The notes beneath the pieces were generated by a model, which was not told where the DNA came from, searched no databases, and saw only the letters and a program-made list of their open reading frames with translations. The position numbers and the translations under genes are program-made. A stretch of 64,000 bases of DNA. Origin: Thermoproteota archaeon. Its GTDB lineage: Archaea > Korarchaeota > Korarchaeia > B14-G2. The stretch covers positions 1 to 64,000 of the forward strand of contig JAVCBW010000049.1 of NCBI GenBank assembly GCA_037917675.1. The letters are read 5' to 3'. Positions 1-13,032 of this stretch are shown one piece after another. How positions within the stretch are numbered: the stretch's first letter is position 1; the number at the start of each line of letters is the position of its first letter.

Positions 1-709
<709 letters not shown>

Positions 710-762
710 TAAGGAGGCAACCTCTAAAGGCTGCCTAGGTCCACTCATGTTAGTTTAATGAC

Positions 763-788
763 ACCCCCAACCCAGCTGGGTTGGGGGT
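763..788. repeat. Perfect 26-nt palindrome/hairpin in the 16S-23S spacer
   Basis: ACCCCCAACCCAG-CTGGGTTGGGGGT is self-complementary; the spacer has no tRNA. Confidence 0.85.
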
Positions 789-818
789 TGAGCGCGAGCA
801 CATCTGTCATGTGCAGTG

Positions 819-851
819 AGCGCTGCATACCCCCGCTTAAAGCTGGGCCTC
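819..851 (+). other. 5' arm of the 23S pre-rRNA processing stem with BHB motif (pairs with 3894-3926)
   Basis: AGCGCTGCATACCCC-CGCT-TAA-AGCTGGGCCTC pairs with GAGGCTCAGCT-AGCG-ATA-GGGGTATGCAGCGCT: 4-bp helix flanked by two 3-nt bulges. Confidence 0.9.
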
Positions 852-852
852 G

Positions 853-3893
<3,041 letters not shown>

Positions 3894-3926
3894 GAGGCTC
3901 AGCTAGCGATAGGGGTATGCAGCGCT

Positions 3927-4208
3927 GGGGAGTGGGTGGGGGGCAGCCCTCATGGGCTAGGAAACTCCGCCCACTGTGGGGGGTGCGCTGGCACAAGCCA
4001 GGGAGGCGAGAGCCTCCGGCTCCGCACAGAAACGATACAGCCCTCCCTGAATGTCGATGATGCACACTGAGTATAGGGAGATGACTGGTGGAACGTAGCG
4101 GAGCCCGCATGGTGCAAGCCAGTATCCCACAATGAACCCCCACTGAGTGGGAGGCTCGGTGCTTAGCCACATGCCCCAGAACAGAAGGCGGGTTACGGCC
4201 CACTCCCC
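3927..4208 (+). ncRNA. rnpB: RNase P RNA
   Basis: P1 pairing GGGGAGTGGGT/GCCCACTCCCC; CR-I AGGAAACTCCGCC and CR-V ACAGAAGGCGGGTTA (P4 complement); ACAGAAA, GGTGCAAG and GCTTAG motifs; K-turn-like CTGA/GATGA elements. Confidence 0.92.
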
Positions 4209-4333
4209 TAACCTTAAGAGTCAACAACTACTTGACTTATAGCTGAAGTACTATCCTCTGTGCATTATAGGAGAGGAGAAAGACACCTCGTAAAACTTAA
4301 TTATTCCTTAACTGTGTGGTTGCTGGTGTTCTG

Positions 4334-4555
4334 ATGAATGTGATCTTGCTTCTTAAGGTGAGAGCTGGTAGGGAAGAAGTGTTGTCTGAAATCAGGAGGC
4401 TTCCTAGGGTTATTGAATGCAACATGGTATTTGGGATATATGATGCGATAGTAGTTCTTGAGGGAGAAGAAAGGGAGATAAGAGAGACTATAGATAGCAT
4501 AAGGGATCTTCAAGGAGTTAGGATAAGAGAAGAGCTCAGAGAAAGGCCTCTTTAG
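4334..4555 (+). CDS. Stand-alone Lrp/AsnC ligand-binding (RAM) domain protein
   Basis: MNVILLLKVRAGREEVLSEIRRLPRVIECNMVFGIYDAIVVLE fits the RAM-domain pattern (VxGxYDxI); ATG at 4334. Confidence 0.8.
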   Translation: MNVILLLKVRAGREEVLSEIRRLPRVIECNMVFGIYDAIVVLEGEEREIRETIDSIRDLQGVRIREELRERPL

Positions 4556-4588
4556 CATTCTACGTAGCTGAGATATAACCATTTCATA

Positions 4589-4602
4589 GGAAAATTTATA
4601 TA
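4589..4602 (+). promoter_or_regulatory. BRE/TATA promoter of tRNA-iMet and C/D sRNA
   Basis: GGAAAA-TTTATATA about 26 nt upstream of the tRNA 5' end. Confidence 0.7.
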
Positions 4603-4627
4603 CTCATCAGAGCCGGACTAGTATGGT

Positions 4628-4760
4628 AGCGGGGTGGGGTAGCCTGGTAACCCGCAGGGCTCATAAGCTCCTGGGAAACCCTGAGATCGGTGGCCAATGG
4701 CTGAAGGTTCAAATCACTGAGGCTATCAGCCTCAGTGTGAGAGTCCACCCCCCGCTACCA
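4628..4760 (+). tRNA. Initiator tRNA-Met(CAU) with three introns: 4666-4677 (37/38), 4693-4706 (52/53), 4714-4743 (59/60)
   Basis: Removing 12+14+30 nt gives AGCGGGGTGGGGTAGCCTGGTAACCCGCAGGGCTCATAACCCTGAGATCGGTGGTTCAAATCCACCCCCCGCTACCA (A1:U72, GGG/CCC anticodon stem); each intron has a 4-bp BHB central helix. Confidence 0.93.
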
Positions 4761-4812
4761 CAATGATGACTCCGAGCCTTCTGAGCTGTGATGAAGATCT
4801 TGAGTACTGAGT
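4761..4812 (+). ncRNA. C/D-box 2'-O-methylation guide sRNA
   Basis: Box C ATGATGA (4763-4769), 11-nt guide, D' CTGA (4781-4784), C' GTGATGA (4788-4794), 12-nt guide, D CTGA (4807-4810): canonical archaeal spacing. Confidence 0.9.
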
Positions 4813-5149
4813 GGGAGGTATGAAGAAGCTGTCAAAGGAATTGCAGGAAGCTATACGAGAGCTCTTCTCCAGCGGGAGTGGAGAAAAACTCAAAAAGACG
4901 ATTAAGAAGCTTAAGGATGAGGGAATGCTAGATAAAGATCTTGATGTAGCCCTATATGCCCTCCTTAGAGAAGATAATATGGTAATCTTAAGGCAGCGCC
5001 TGAAGTCTGATGCTGAAAGATATATTGAAGCCTTAAATGAGGTTCTAGAAATAGCTTCACGGACAGGAGTTATGCAGAACGATGTTAGAGAGCTGGCAAC
5101 TTGGAGGGAAATTCTTTCTATAGCTAGGAGCTGCGGAGCTTCAGCCTGA
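4811..5149 (+). CDS. Hypothetical helical protein
   Basis: 112-aa ORF with host-like codon use; GGAGGT SD before ATG at 4820 suggests the true start; no family recognised. Confidence 0.65.
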   Translation: MGGMKKLSKELQEAIRELFSSGSGEKLKKTIKKLKDEGMLDKDLDVALYALLREDNMVILRQRLKSDAERYIEALNEVLEIASRTGVMQNDVRELATWREILSIARSCGASA

Positions 5150-6212
5150 ATTTAAGCCCAACTTTCTCCACAATCCCTAGTGATGTCATCTCTTCTAGAA
5201 GCTCATAAGCCTCGTTTGGAAGGAGATCGAGAGCTCTGCTTGCCTGAATATATGTGAATACACCAGAACCAAACTTCTCTTCAAGCTTCCTGAAGTATTC
5301 TTCATAGGGGGAGCCGTAGGTCATGTTCTTTTCGAAGCCGAGTTTACTCATCACATAGCTAGCATCTATTACAGCCTGAGAGTCATCACATATGTATAGT
5401 GTGAGAAGCTTATGCAATATCCTCAAGAGATACCTTGGGTTCCCTTCAGATTCCTTATAAGCGATTCTGAGTGCCTCCGATGTAAAGGGGAAGAGAGGCT
5501 CACCTGCAGGTTTGATCCGATATGCAGTCATCCTCTTAGAGACGAACTCTAGAGCTTCTCTGAAGGCGAGGGGCCTTAGCCTCACTATGTGAGATATTTT
5601 CGCATAGAATTGTGGAGATAGCGTTCTTATGTGCTCATCAGTCCCCGGTGCACCAGCTAGCAGAAGAGTGATCTTGCAGTTCTCAAGGAGCTCATGAAGC
5701 GAGTATAGGAAGGCAGAAGCCTCCTCCTTGACATGCATTATTGGCTTCTCTATTTCATCTATCTCTATGAGACATGGTGATAGCTTGGTAGCCAGAGCTT
5801 TAATAGAGGCTAGCAGATTTTCTGCAGTGAAAGAAGTCTCTTTAAACATCATGACCCTGACCAGTATTCTCCTCTGTAGAGCTCCGCTTAGTGCAGACTT
5901 TAACTTTAGCAGGTTTCTCCATGCTTCTTGAGAATCAGCTTTCATATAAACTGCGACATAGCCTGCCTCTGAGGCAATTTGCTTCAGCAGAAGAAGCCTT
6001 TCTGTTTTCCCGTATCCAAATGGTGCAGTAAGCAGGATTGCAGAGGGCATTTCCTCTCTCAGGCTCTTAGTGACGAGATCAGCCAGCGTATAGTCCTCCT
6101 GAGACCATATATGGAGATCTCTCACAGAAGCGCCTAAAGCCTCACTTGATAGCTTAGAAAAAGGGTTACAGGCTAAGTTTGCTTTGATATAGTGCTGCAG
6201 GCCACTTATCAT
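5124..6212 (-). CDS. ExeA/GspA-like AAA+ ATPase with C-terminal winged helix
   Basis: N-terminal NPF, Walker A APFGYGKT, Walker B LIEIDE, LRPL...FTSEALRIAYKESEGNPR sensor region; C-terminal wHTH. Confidence 0.75.
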   Translation of the reverse strand: MISGLQHYIKANLACNPFSKLSSEALGASVRDLHIWSQEDYTLADLVTKSLREEMPSAILLTAPFGYGKTERLLLLKQIASEAGYVAVYMKADSQEAWRNLLKLKSALSGALQRRILVRVMMFKETSFTAENLLASIKALATKLSPCLIEIDEIEKPIMHVKEEASAFLYSLHELLENCKITLLLAGAPGTDEHIRTLSPQFYAKISHIVRLRPLAFREALEFVSKRMTAYRIKPAGEPLFPFTSEALRIAYKESEGNPRYLLRILHKLLTLYICDDSQAVIDASYVMSKLGFEKNMTYGSPYEEYFRKLEEKFGSGVFTYIQASRALDLLPNEAYELLEEMTSLGIVEKVGLKFRLKLRSS

Positions 6213-6293
6213 GTGAGGTCACTCAGGCTCAGTGATGGCAAGCTTAAATACTATTCCAGCAGGACATGCTATCAAAGCAGAGGAGGCTTATAA

Positions 6294-7259
6294 ATGCTAG
6301 CAGGCATGAGAAGTCTAAGAATTAGGTGGATGCTCCTATTCATGTTAGCATGTCTGCTACCCGTCACTTCAGTCTATTGCCAGCAGAATGAGCGTGGGGA
6401 ATATGATTACATGGCTAATCAAGTGATTTATATCAGTAACTTTACGCATATACTAGTCAGCTATAACCTCTACTATACGGGGATAGCTGCCGAGATAACA
6501 GCTGCAAGGATTAAGCAGACACCTAACTTCAATAGAGAGCTATCTGATGTTGTTAGGAAGAGATATGAGGGGGGGCTTACCATCGGAGTAAGCGGGGAAA
6601 AGGTAAGCACGACAGCAATTGTGGTAGACGATGTCCAAGTTGAAGTTTATACCGGAGAGAGAACCCTTAGAATCAAGATTAGGATATTGCTTAGAACGGG
6701 GATATCTGAGAGTGAAGAAGCCAAAGTTAAGTCGATAGTCTTATATATGGAGGAAAAAGCGATAGGACTCTTCGTAAACCCGAGTTTGATCTTCACTTCA
6801 CTCGTCAATAGGACGCTAGTCGTCGATAAGAGTATGTGGGCTGAATTCGGGGCAGTACATCCAATGCTCATGTATGAAACTGGTAGGTATAGAGCCTATA
6901 TGTGGTTATACATGACTACAGCAGATATAGCATATCACCTTAATGAGATTCTAGTGATTAGAAATCCAGAGAAGTACAATAAGATTGCTGAAGAGTTTAG
7001 CCTAGCTCTCGATGAGGCCAAAAGACTTTTTTCACAGCTTTCGGCAGATGAGGCTAGCAAGCTAAGAGAAGATGTATGGGAAATAGAGGACAGGTATATG
7101 TATAGCTTCTCAAGCTTACCCAAGTACGTAAGTGAGTTGAGAAAGGGGTTAGCGCGAGAGAAGAGGACAGCATATGGGAAGTATATGCTGGCTTTAGTAG
7201 ACGCTGTCCTCGCAACAGTAGCAGGGTACCAGTTTATCAAGCTCAAAAGAAAAGAGTAA
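6294..7259 (+). CDS. Exported membrane-anchored hypothetical protein
   Basis: N-terminal signal-peptide-like segment and C-terminal hydrophobic helix followed by KLKRKE. Confidence 0.75.
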   Translation: MLAGMRSLRIRWMLLFMLACLLPVTSVYCQQNERGEYDYMANQVIYISNFTHILVSYNLYYTGIAAEITAARIKQTPNFNRELSDVVRKRYEGGLTIGVSGEKVSTTAIVVDDVQVEVYTGERTLRIKIRILLRTGISESEEAKVKSIVLYMEEKAIGLFVNPSLIFTSLVNRTLVVDKSMWAEFGAVHPMLMYETGRYRAYMWLYMTTADIAYHLNEILVIRNPEKYNKIAEEFSLALDEAKRLFSQLSADEASKLREDVWEIEDRYMYSFSSLPKYVSELRKGLAREKRTAYGKYMLALVDAVLATVAGYQFIKLKRKE

Positions 7260-7309
7260 TACTTTAGTAAACCCCAAAACTTATAGCACCATAGTTTAAT
7301 GGCTTCCTG

Positions 7310-7585
7310 ATGAAAGTAGAGGAAGTATTCTCCTCTAGAGGAAGAGTTCTAGTCCTCAAGTATATATGTGAATATGAGGGGGTTCACATATCGGAGCTAT
7401 CGAGAAGAACAGGCCTAAGCTTCGCTACGGTCAGAAGACACCTCGAGGAGCTACGAGACAAAGGGATCTTAGAGGAAATCCAGGTTGGGAGATCTAGATT
7501 CTTCAGACTACGCAGAAGCCCTGCAGCTGAGAGGATAAGGAGATTCATGTTAAGCTTCGAGGACCTTAGATTCACAGAGAGATAG
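7310..7585 (+). CDS. ArsR-type winged-helix transcription regulator
   Basis: FSSRGRVLVL...HISELSRRTGLSFATVRRHLEELRDKGIL wHTH. Confidence 0.85.
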   Translation: MKVEEVFSSRGRVLVLKYICEYEGVHISELSRRTGLSFATVRRHLEELRDKGILEEIQVGRSRFFRLRRSPAAERIRRFMLSFEDLRFTER

Positions 7586-7592
7586 AAACCTG

Positions 7593-8552
7593 CTATGTAG
7601 AGCATAGTGAGGACACTAGATAGGCAAGCTGAATGTCATCAGATGCCCCTTCACTTATCCTGAAGTCAACATCAGCTATCGTTTCTATTATCTTAAGCTT
7701 CTTCTCTGGAGGTATGGTGGAGTTAGCTATTATCTCACGATACATCTGCTTTAGTAGGTCTGTTGAAGATAAGCCTACCTCATAGAGAAGGTATTCGATA
7801 GCTTCTATCCCCTTCTTAAGATCCCTCTCCCTAAGCACAAGTTCTATAATCTCCTTTACTTTAGATGGGCTGACATAGCCGGCTAGATGGTGCACATCTT
7901 CTACCGATGGAGTAGCTGTAGTAGATAGGAGTGCCTGAAGAAGGTTGATAGCTCTACGTAAGTCCCCTTCAGATATCTGAGCTATCTCCTCCAACACATC
8001 TCTGCTCACATCGAAGCCTTCTTGCTTACTTATGTAGGCAAGCCTTCCTACCATATCATCTATGGACATCCTAGTGAACCTGAAAATAGCACACCTGGAC
8101 TGTATAGGTGGTATTATCTTAGACAGGTAGTTACATGCAAGTATAAAGCGACATGTGGATGAGTACAGCTCCATCATGCGTCTGAGAGCCTGCTGCGCGT
8201 CAGCAGTAAGGTTGTCACTCTCATCGAGGTGTATTATCTTGAAGCTGGCTCCGCTTACAGATGCTGTTCTAGCGAAGTTCTTTACCCTAGTCCTTATGGT
8301 GTCTATCCCCCGCTCATCTGATGCATTTAGCTCAAGGTAGTTCTCGGCAGCATGCTCCTCTCCGAACAGCTCGTTAGCTAGACATAGAGCTACAGTAGTC
8401 TTCCCAGTACCAGGAGGACCTGCGAACAGTAGATGAGGAATAGTACCTCTCGATACAAAGCCCTTAAGAGCAGCTATTACTTCTCTCTGACCACAGACCT
8501 CGTCTAGCCTCCTAGGCCTATACTTCTCCACCCATAGCTCCAGCTCTACCAT
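7593..8552 (-). CDS. rfcS: Replication factor C small subunit
   Basis: WVEKYRP, GPPGTGKT, LELNASDERG, IQSRC motifs; no intein. Confidence 0.97.
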   Translation of the reverse strand: MVELELWVEKYRPRRLDEVCGQREVIAALKGFVSRGTIPHLLFAGPPGTGKTTVALCLANELFGEEHAAENYLELNASDERGIDTIRTRVKNFARTASVSGASFKIIHLDESDNLTADAQQALRRMMELYSSTCRFILACNYLSKIIPPIQSRCAIFRFTRMSIDDMVGRLAYISKQEGFDVSRDVLEEIAQISEGDLRRAINLLQALLSTTATPSVEDVHHLAGYVSPSKVKEIIELVLRERDLKKGIEAIEYLLYEVGLSSTDLLKQMYREIIANSTIPPEKKLKIIETIADVDFRISEGASDDIQLAYLVSSLCST

Positions 8553-8629
8553 AGTCTGACCCCAGCTAGAAAGATTTATTACAACTTTAAGAGTAGTTCC
8601 TTATTTAGTTAACCCAAGGGATGGAGGAA

Positions 8630-8860
8630 ATGCTGTTTCCAATACGATGCTTCACATGCGGCAAGCTTATAGGAGACAAGTATGAGGAGTATGTTAAGCT
8701 GATAGCTGAGGGATATACGCCTAAGGAGGCTTTGGATGAGCTTGGAATAAGAAGATACTGTTGTAGAAGGCACTTCCTCACAGACGTCGAGATAGCGAGA
8801 GAGATGACAGTATACTCTCTCGGTAGGAGGGGAGAGCATGAGCGAACAGGAGAGGATTAG
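8630..8860 (+). CDS. rpoN: RNA polymerase subunit Rpo10 (N)
   Basis: MLFPIRCFTCGK...RYCCRR. Confidence 0.97.
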   Translation: MLFPIRCFTCGKLIGDKYEEYVKLIAEGYTPKEALDELGIRRYCCRRHFLTDVEIAREMTVYSLGRRGEHERTGED

Positions 8861-9464
8861 AGAGCTCCTAGTCTCTCAGGAGCTATACTTGAGCGCAGGA
8901 GTTCATGTAGGCACATCGATAAAGTACAAGGACATGATGAAATTTGTTTACAAGGTAAAGGACAACGGGCTGGCAATCCTAGATCTCAATAAGATAGATG
9001 AGAGGATTAGGGTTCTCAGTAGAGCACTAGCAAGATATAATCCCGACGAGGTGCTAGCTGTAACAGGAAGGATATACGCTTTTAGGCCTGTGAAAAAGTT
9101 CGGAGAAGTTACTGGGATAAGGACCATGATTGGAAGAATACTGCCAGGAACTCTGACAAACCCGAATTCACCATCATATTGCGAGCCTGAAGTGGTTTTT
9201 CTATCAGACCCCAGAGTTGATAGGCAGATTCACGAGGAAGCTGTCAAAATGGGAATCCCTGTCTTTGCTCTCTGTGATACAGATACGTCGATAGCTTACA
9301 TAGACCTTGTCGTCCCATGTAACAATAAGGGGAGAAAATCTCTTGCACTGATCTACTGGATAATAGCTAGACAGATGCTTAGAGAAAGAGAGGAAATAGG
9401 GCCAGAAGAGGACATAGGGTATAAGTGGGAGGACTTCATGACACAAATAGTTGGTGTAGAGTGA
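8838..9464 (+). CDS. rps2: 30S ribosomal protein S2
   Basis: AGVHVGT, PGTLTNP, DLVVPCNNKG. Confidence 0.97.
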   Translation: MSEQERIRELLVSQELYLSAGVHVGTSIKYKDMMKFVYKVKDNGLAILDLNKIDERIRVLSRALARYNPDEVLAVTGRIYAFRPVKKFGEVTGIRTMIGRILPGTLTNPNSPSYCEPEVVFLSDPRVDRQIHEEAVKMGIPVFALCDTDTSIAYIDLVVPCNNKGRKSLALIYWIIARQMLREREEIGPEEDIGYKWEDFMTQIVGVE

Positions 9465-10312
9465 TGATAAGACAGCCTGTAGTTGCAGGAATTTTCTATC
9501 CTGGAAGCAAGGAGGCTCTCAGGCTGGCTATAGAAAAGTGCTTCAAGGGGAGCAGAGGACCAGGACACGTGCCTGAGGTAAGGGTAGAAAAGCCAACTAC
9601 GGTGATCAGCCTAATAGCTCCTCATGCTGGCTTGCAGTACAGTGGGGAGATAGCAGCACACAGCTATGCGGTCTTGGCTGAAGATGGAACCCCAGATACG
9701 GTAGTATTGATTGGGCCAAACCACACTGGAATCGGAGCAAGAATCTCAGTTTCACCACACACAGCATGGAGAACACCATTAGGCGATGTTGAGGTGGATA
9801 AAGAGCTGGCAGAGAGCATAGCAAGTGAATCAGCATATGCTGAGCTAGATGAGCTAGCACATGAAAGAGAGCACTCTATAGAGGTTCAACTCCCATTTCT
9901 ACAGTACCTATTTGACAAGCAGCTGAAAATAGTTGCTATAACGATGTTAGACCAGTCTCTCACAGCAGCTAGAGACCTAGCTCAAGCCTTAGATAATGTC
10001 ATGACCCCAGGAGAGCATGTTCTCATAGCCACCTCCGATCTATCGCATTATGAACCACATGATATAGCTGTTAAGAAGGACTCTGAGGTCATAGAGAGCA
10101 TATTAAGGCTATCAGCAAAGGACATAGTAGATGCCGCACGTGAGAGGGGGTATACAGTATGTGGATATGGAGCCATAGCGACAGCGGCGCTTTATAGCAG
10201 CAGAAGAGGAGTAGAGAGAGGTGAGCTACTGAGGTATTCTACAAGCGGAGAGGTCACAGGAGAATTCCATGCTGTAGTAGGATATGCAGCAATAGTCTAT
10301 AGAAGAGGATGA
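9464..10312 (+). CDS. MEMO1 family protein (AmmeMemoRadiSam protein B)
   Basis: RQPVVAGIFYP, PHAG, GPNH, EHSIEVQLPFLQ, SDLSHY, CG, VVGY. Confidence 0.95.
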   Translation: MIRQPVVAGIFYPGSKEALRLAIEKCFKGSRGPGHVPEVRVEKPTTVISLIAPHAGLQYSGEIAAHSYAVLAEDGTPDTVVLIGPNHTGIGARISVSPHTAWRTPLGDVEVDKELAESIASESAYAELDELAHEREHSIEVQLPFLQYLFDKQLKIVAITMLDQSLTAARDLAQALDNVMTPGEHVLIATSDLSHYEPHDIAVKKDSEVIESILRLSAKDIVDAARERGYTVCGYGAIATAALYSSRRGVERGELLRYSTSGEVTGEFHAVVGYAAIVYRRG

Positions 10313-10378
10313 AGGCGTCTAGAAACACTGCTAACCTTTAAAAGCAGTAGGAGGAATGTGCTATGGGACGGTGAGAAG

Positions 10379-10756
10379 ATGAGCAAGCCCTCATATGCGC
10401 GATTTGATGTCCCACAAGAGCTAGCTGAGAAGCTGTATGAGATAGTGGAGCTTAGCAGAACCACTGGTGGAAAAATAAGGAAAGGTGTAAATGAAGTTAC
10501 AAAGGCTGTTGAGAGGGGAGAGGCAAAACTTGTCGTGATAGCACTTGATGTTGACCCAGAGGAAATAGTCGCCCATCTTCCACTGCTATGTGAAGAAAGG
10601 AAGATACCATATGCATATGTGCCAGAGAAAAAGAGGCTAGGACAGGCTGCTGGGATAGAAGTTGCAGCTTCATCAGCATGTGTATGTGATCCAGGTAATG
10701 CAGGAGAGCTTCTAAATGCTATAGTAGAGAAGATAAAGGAGATAAAAGGAGAGTAG
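10379..10756 (+). CDS. rpl7ae: 50S ribosomal protein L7Ae
   Basis: [38 protein letters not shown]. Confidence 0.97.
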   Translation: MSKPSYARFDVPQELAEKLYEIVELSRTTGGKIRKGVNEVTKAVERGEAKLVVIALDVDPEEIVAHLPLLCEERKIPYAYVPEKKRLGQAAGIEVAASSACVCDPGNAGELLNAIVEKIKEIKGE

Positions 10757-10769
10757 TTGGGGCATAAAA

Positions 10770-10979
10770 ATGTCACAGGAAGACGCCTGGCCTGCTGAGG
10801 TAATAGAAATCCTAGGGAGAACAGGAGTAGCAGGAGAAGTCACTCAGGTAAGAGTAAAAGTACTCGATGGGCCAGATAAGGGCAGAGTACTCATAAGAAA
10901 CGTCATGGGGCCTGTCAAGGTAAGCGACATCCTGATGTTAAGAGACACTGAGATAGAAGCAAGGAAGATAGGTAAGTAG
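10770..10979 (+). CDS. rps28e: 30S ribosomal protein S28e
   Basis: [21 protein letters not shown]...RNVMGPV. Confidence 0.97.
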   Translation: MSQEDAWPAEVIEILGRTGVAGEVTQVRVKVLDGPDKGRVLIRNVMGPVKVSDILMLRDTEIEARKIGK

Positions 10980-10995
10980 TAGGACGTGGTGGGCA

Positions 10996-11184
10996 ATGTA
11001 CAGTAGGAGAGTAAAGTGTGCATTTTGCGGAGAACAAGCGAAGCCAGGGTATGGAGTCTACTATGTTAGAAACGATGGAGTAGTCTTATACTTCTGTTCT
11101 AGAAAGTGTAGGATAAGCTTCCTACACCATGGGAGAAACCCAAAAAAGACGGCGTGGGTTGTCAAGAAGAAGGCCTCAGTTTAA
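10996..11184 (+). CDS. rpl24e: 50S ribosomal protein L24e
   Basis: CAFCG...PGYG...FCSRKC. Confidence 0.95.
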   Translation: MYSRRVKCAFCGEQAKPGYGVYYVRNDGVVLYFCSRKCRISFLHHGRNPKKTAWVVKKKASV

Positions 11185-11226
11185 AAGTAAGCTATAGTCT
11201 ACCTCACAAGATATAGCTTAATCCTG

Positions 11227-13032
11227 GTGGATGCATTGAGCGGCAAAGGAAGACTTAGACAGGCAATAGTAGCTGTCCTCGGCCACGTGGATTCAGGAAA
11301 AACCACACTACTAGACTACATAAGAAGGACACGTGTAGCTGCTAGAGAAGTCGGCTCTATAACGCAGCATGTTGGATGCTCTGAAGTCCCTATAGATGCC
11401 ATAGAGAGGGTTGCAGGTATTCTACTCGACAGGTTTAAGCTAAGAGGAAAGCTTAAGCTCAGAGGGCTTCTATTTATAGATCTACCAGGCCATGAAGCCT
11501 TCACAAACCTTAGGAGAAGAGGAGGAAGCTTAGCTGATATAGCGATCCTTGTAATAGACATAATACAAGGGATCCAACCTCAGACGATAGAGTCGATAAA
11601 CATACTAAAAGCTAGAAAGACACCATTTGTGATAGCACTTAACAAGATAGACAAGATCCCTGGATGGAAGAGCATTAAGGGAGCAAACTTCCTTGACACC
11701 TATGAGAGGCAGTCGAGTACAGCTAGACAGTACATGGATCAGAGGGTATATAGGATAGTTGGTGAGCTATCTAGCTATGGGATAAATGCGGATAGATATG
11801 ATCTCATAACAGACTTTTCTGAGCAAACACCAATAGTCCCTACGAGCGCGGTTACTGGAGAAGGAGTAGCAGATCTACTAGTTGTTCTACTAGGGCTTTC
11901 ACAGAGGTTTCTGGTAGACAGGCTTACTTTAAGAAGTGAAGAGGGTATAGGAACCATACTTGAAGTCAGAGAGGAGAGGGGAGCAGGAACTGTCATAAAT
12001 GTTCTACTATATGATGGGTTCATCCAGAAGGGGGACTACCTAGTAGTTGGAGGCAAAGAAGGAGCATTCATTACTAAAGTCAAAAACATACTGATGCCTA
12101 GACCACTAGATGAGATAAGAGATCCAAGATATAGGTTTAGGAGTGTAGCGAAAGCTGTAGCAGCCAGTGGCGTGAAGATAATAGCAGCAGACTTAGATAA
12201 GGCATTAGCTGGAGCTCCAGTGTATGCGGTTAGAACAGAGGAGAGGGCACATGAAGTCCTAGAGATTGTAGAGAAAGAAGTTAAGTCCATAGTGATATCA
12301 ACTGATAAGATAGGAGTCATAGTGAAGGCAGACACGCTGGGGACACTAGAAGCTCTCGTTGAGCAGCTGAGAAAGATGAACATACCTATTAGAAAAGCAG
12401 ACATAGGTCCTGTCTCAATGGGAGATGTAACTGAAGCAAGAGCTGTCAAAGAGACAGAGGAAGTATATTCATGTATAATATGCTTTAATGTCGAGACGCT
12501 CCTAGGAGTAGAGGAAGCAGCAGTAGCATATGGGATAACAATACTGAAAGACAGAGTCATATATCAGCTGCTTGAGAAGGTCGAAAAATACCTAAAAGAA
12601 GCAAAAGAGAGCAAGCTAAGGAAGATAACTCGGGAAATACCACTTCCAGCGAAGATAATGGTACTGCCGAAATACGTGTTTCGGAGAAGCAGGCCTGCGA
12701 TAGTGGGAGTAGAGGTGCTGGAAGGCAGACTCATTCCAGGAACGCCTCTAATCCATCCATCAGGTAGAGAAGTTGGAAGGATACAGCAGATTCAATATGA
12801 GGGGAAGCCGATACCAGAAGCAAGAAAGGGGAATAGAGTTGCAGTATCTATAACTGGAGCAACAGTCGGAAGAAACCTTCGAGAAGGAGACATCTTATAC
12901 TCTAATATAAGCTTTGAAAGCATACAGATTCTCAAGAGCAAGCTAAGAGACTATCTAAGCGAAGACGAATTAAAGTTGCTAGACGAGATACAGGCTATGA
13001 AGATTAAGCTCATCACAAGAGGTGAGTTGTAA
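11227..13032 (+). CDS. infB: Translation initiation factor aIF5B (IF-2)
   Basis: VLGHVDSGKTT, ITQHVG, DLPGHEAF, NKID, KADTLGTLEAL. Confidence 0.97.
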   Translation: MDALSGKGRLRQAIVAVLGHVDSGKTTLLDYIRRTRVAAREVGSITQHVGCSEVPIDAIERVAGILLDRFKLRGKLKLRGLLFIDLPGHEAFTNLRRRGGSLADIAILVIDIIQGIQPQTIESINILKARKTPFVIALNKIDKIPGWKSIKGANFLDTYERQSSTARQYMDQRVYRIVGELSSYGINADRYDLITDFSEQTPIVPTSAVTGEGVADLLVVLLGLSQRFLVDRLTLRSEEGIGTILEVREERGAGTVINVLLYDGFIQKGDYLVVGGKEGAFITKVKNILMPRPLDEIRDPRYRFRSVAKAVAASGVKIIAADLDKALAGAPVYAVRTEERAHEVLEIVEKEVKSIVISTDKIGVIVKADTLGTLEALVEQLRKMNIPIRKADIGPVSMGDVTEARAVKETEEVYSCIICFNVETLLGVEEAAVAYGITILKDRVIYQLLEKVEKYLKEAKESKLRKITREIPLPAKIMVLPKYVFRRSRPAIVGVEVLEGRLIPGTPLIHPSGREVGRIQQIQYEGKPIPEARKGNRVAVSITGATVGRNLREGDILYSNISFESIQILKSKLRDYLSEDELKLLDEIQAMKIKLITRGEL

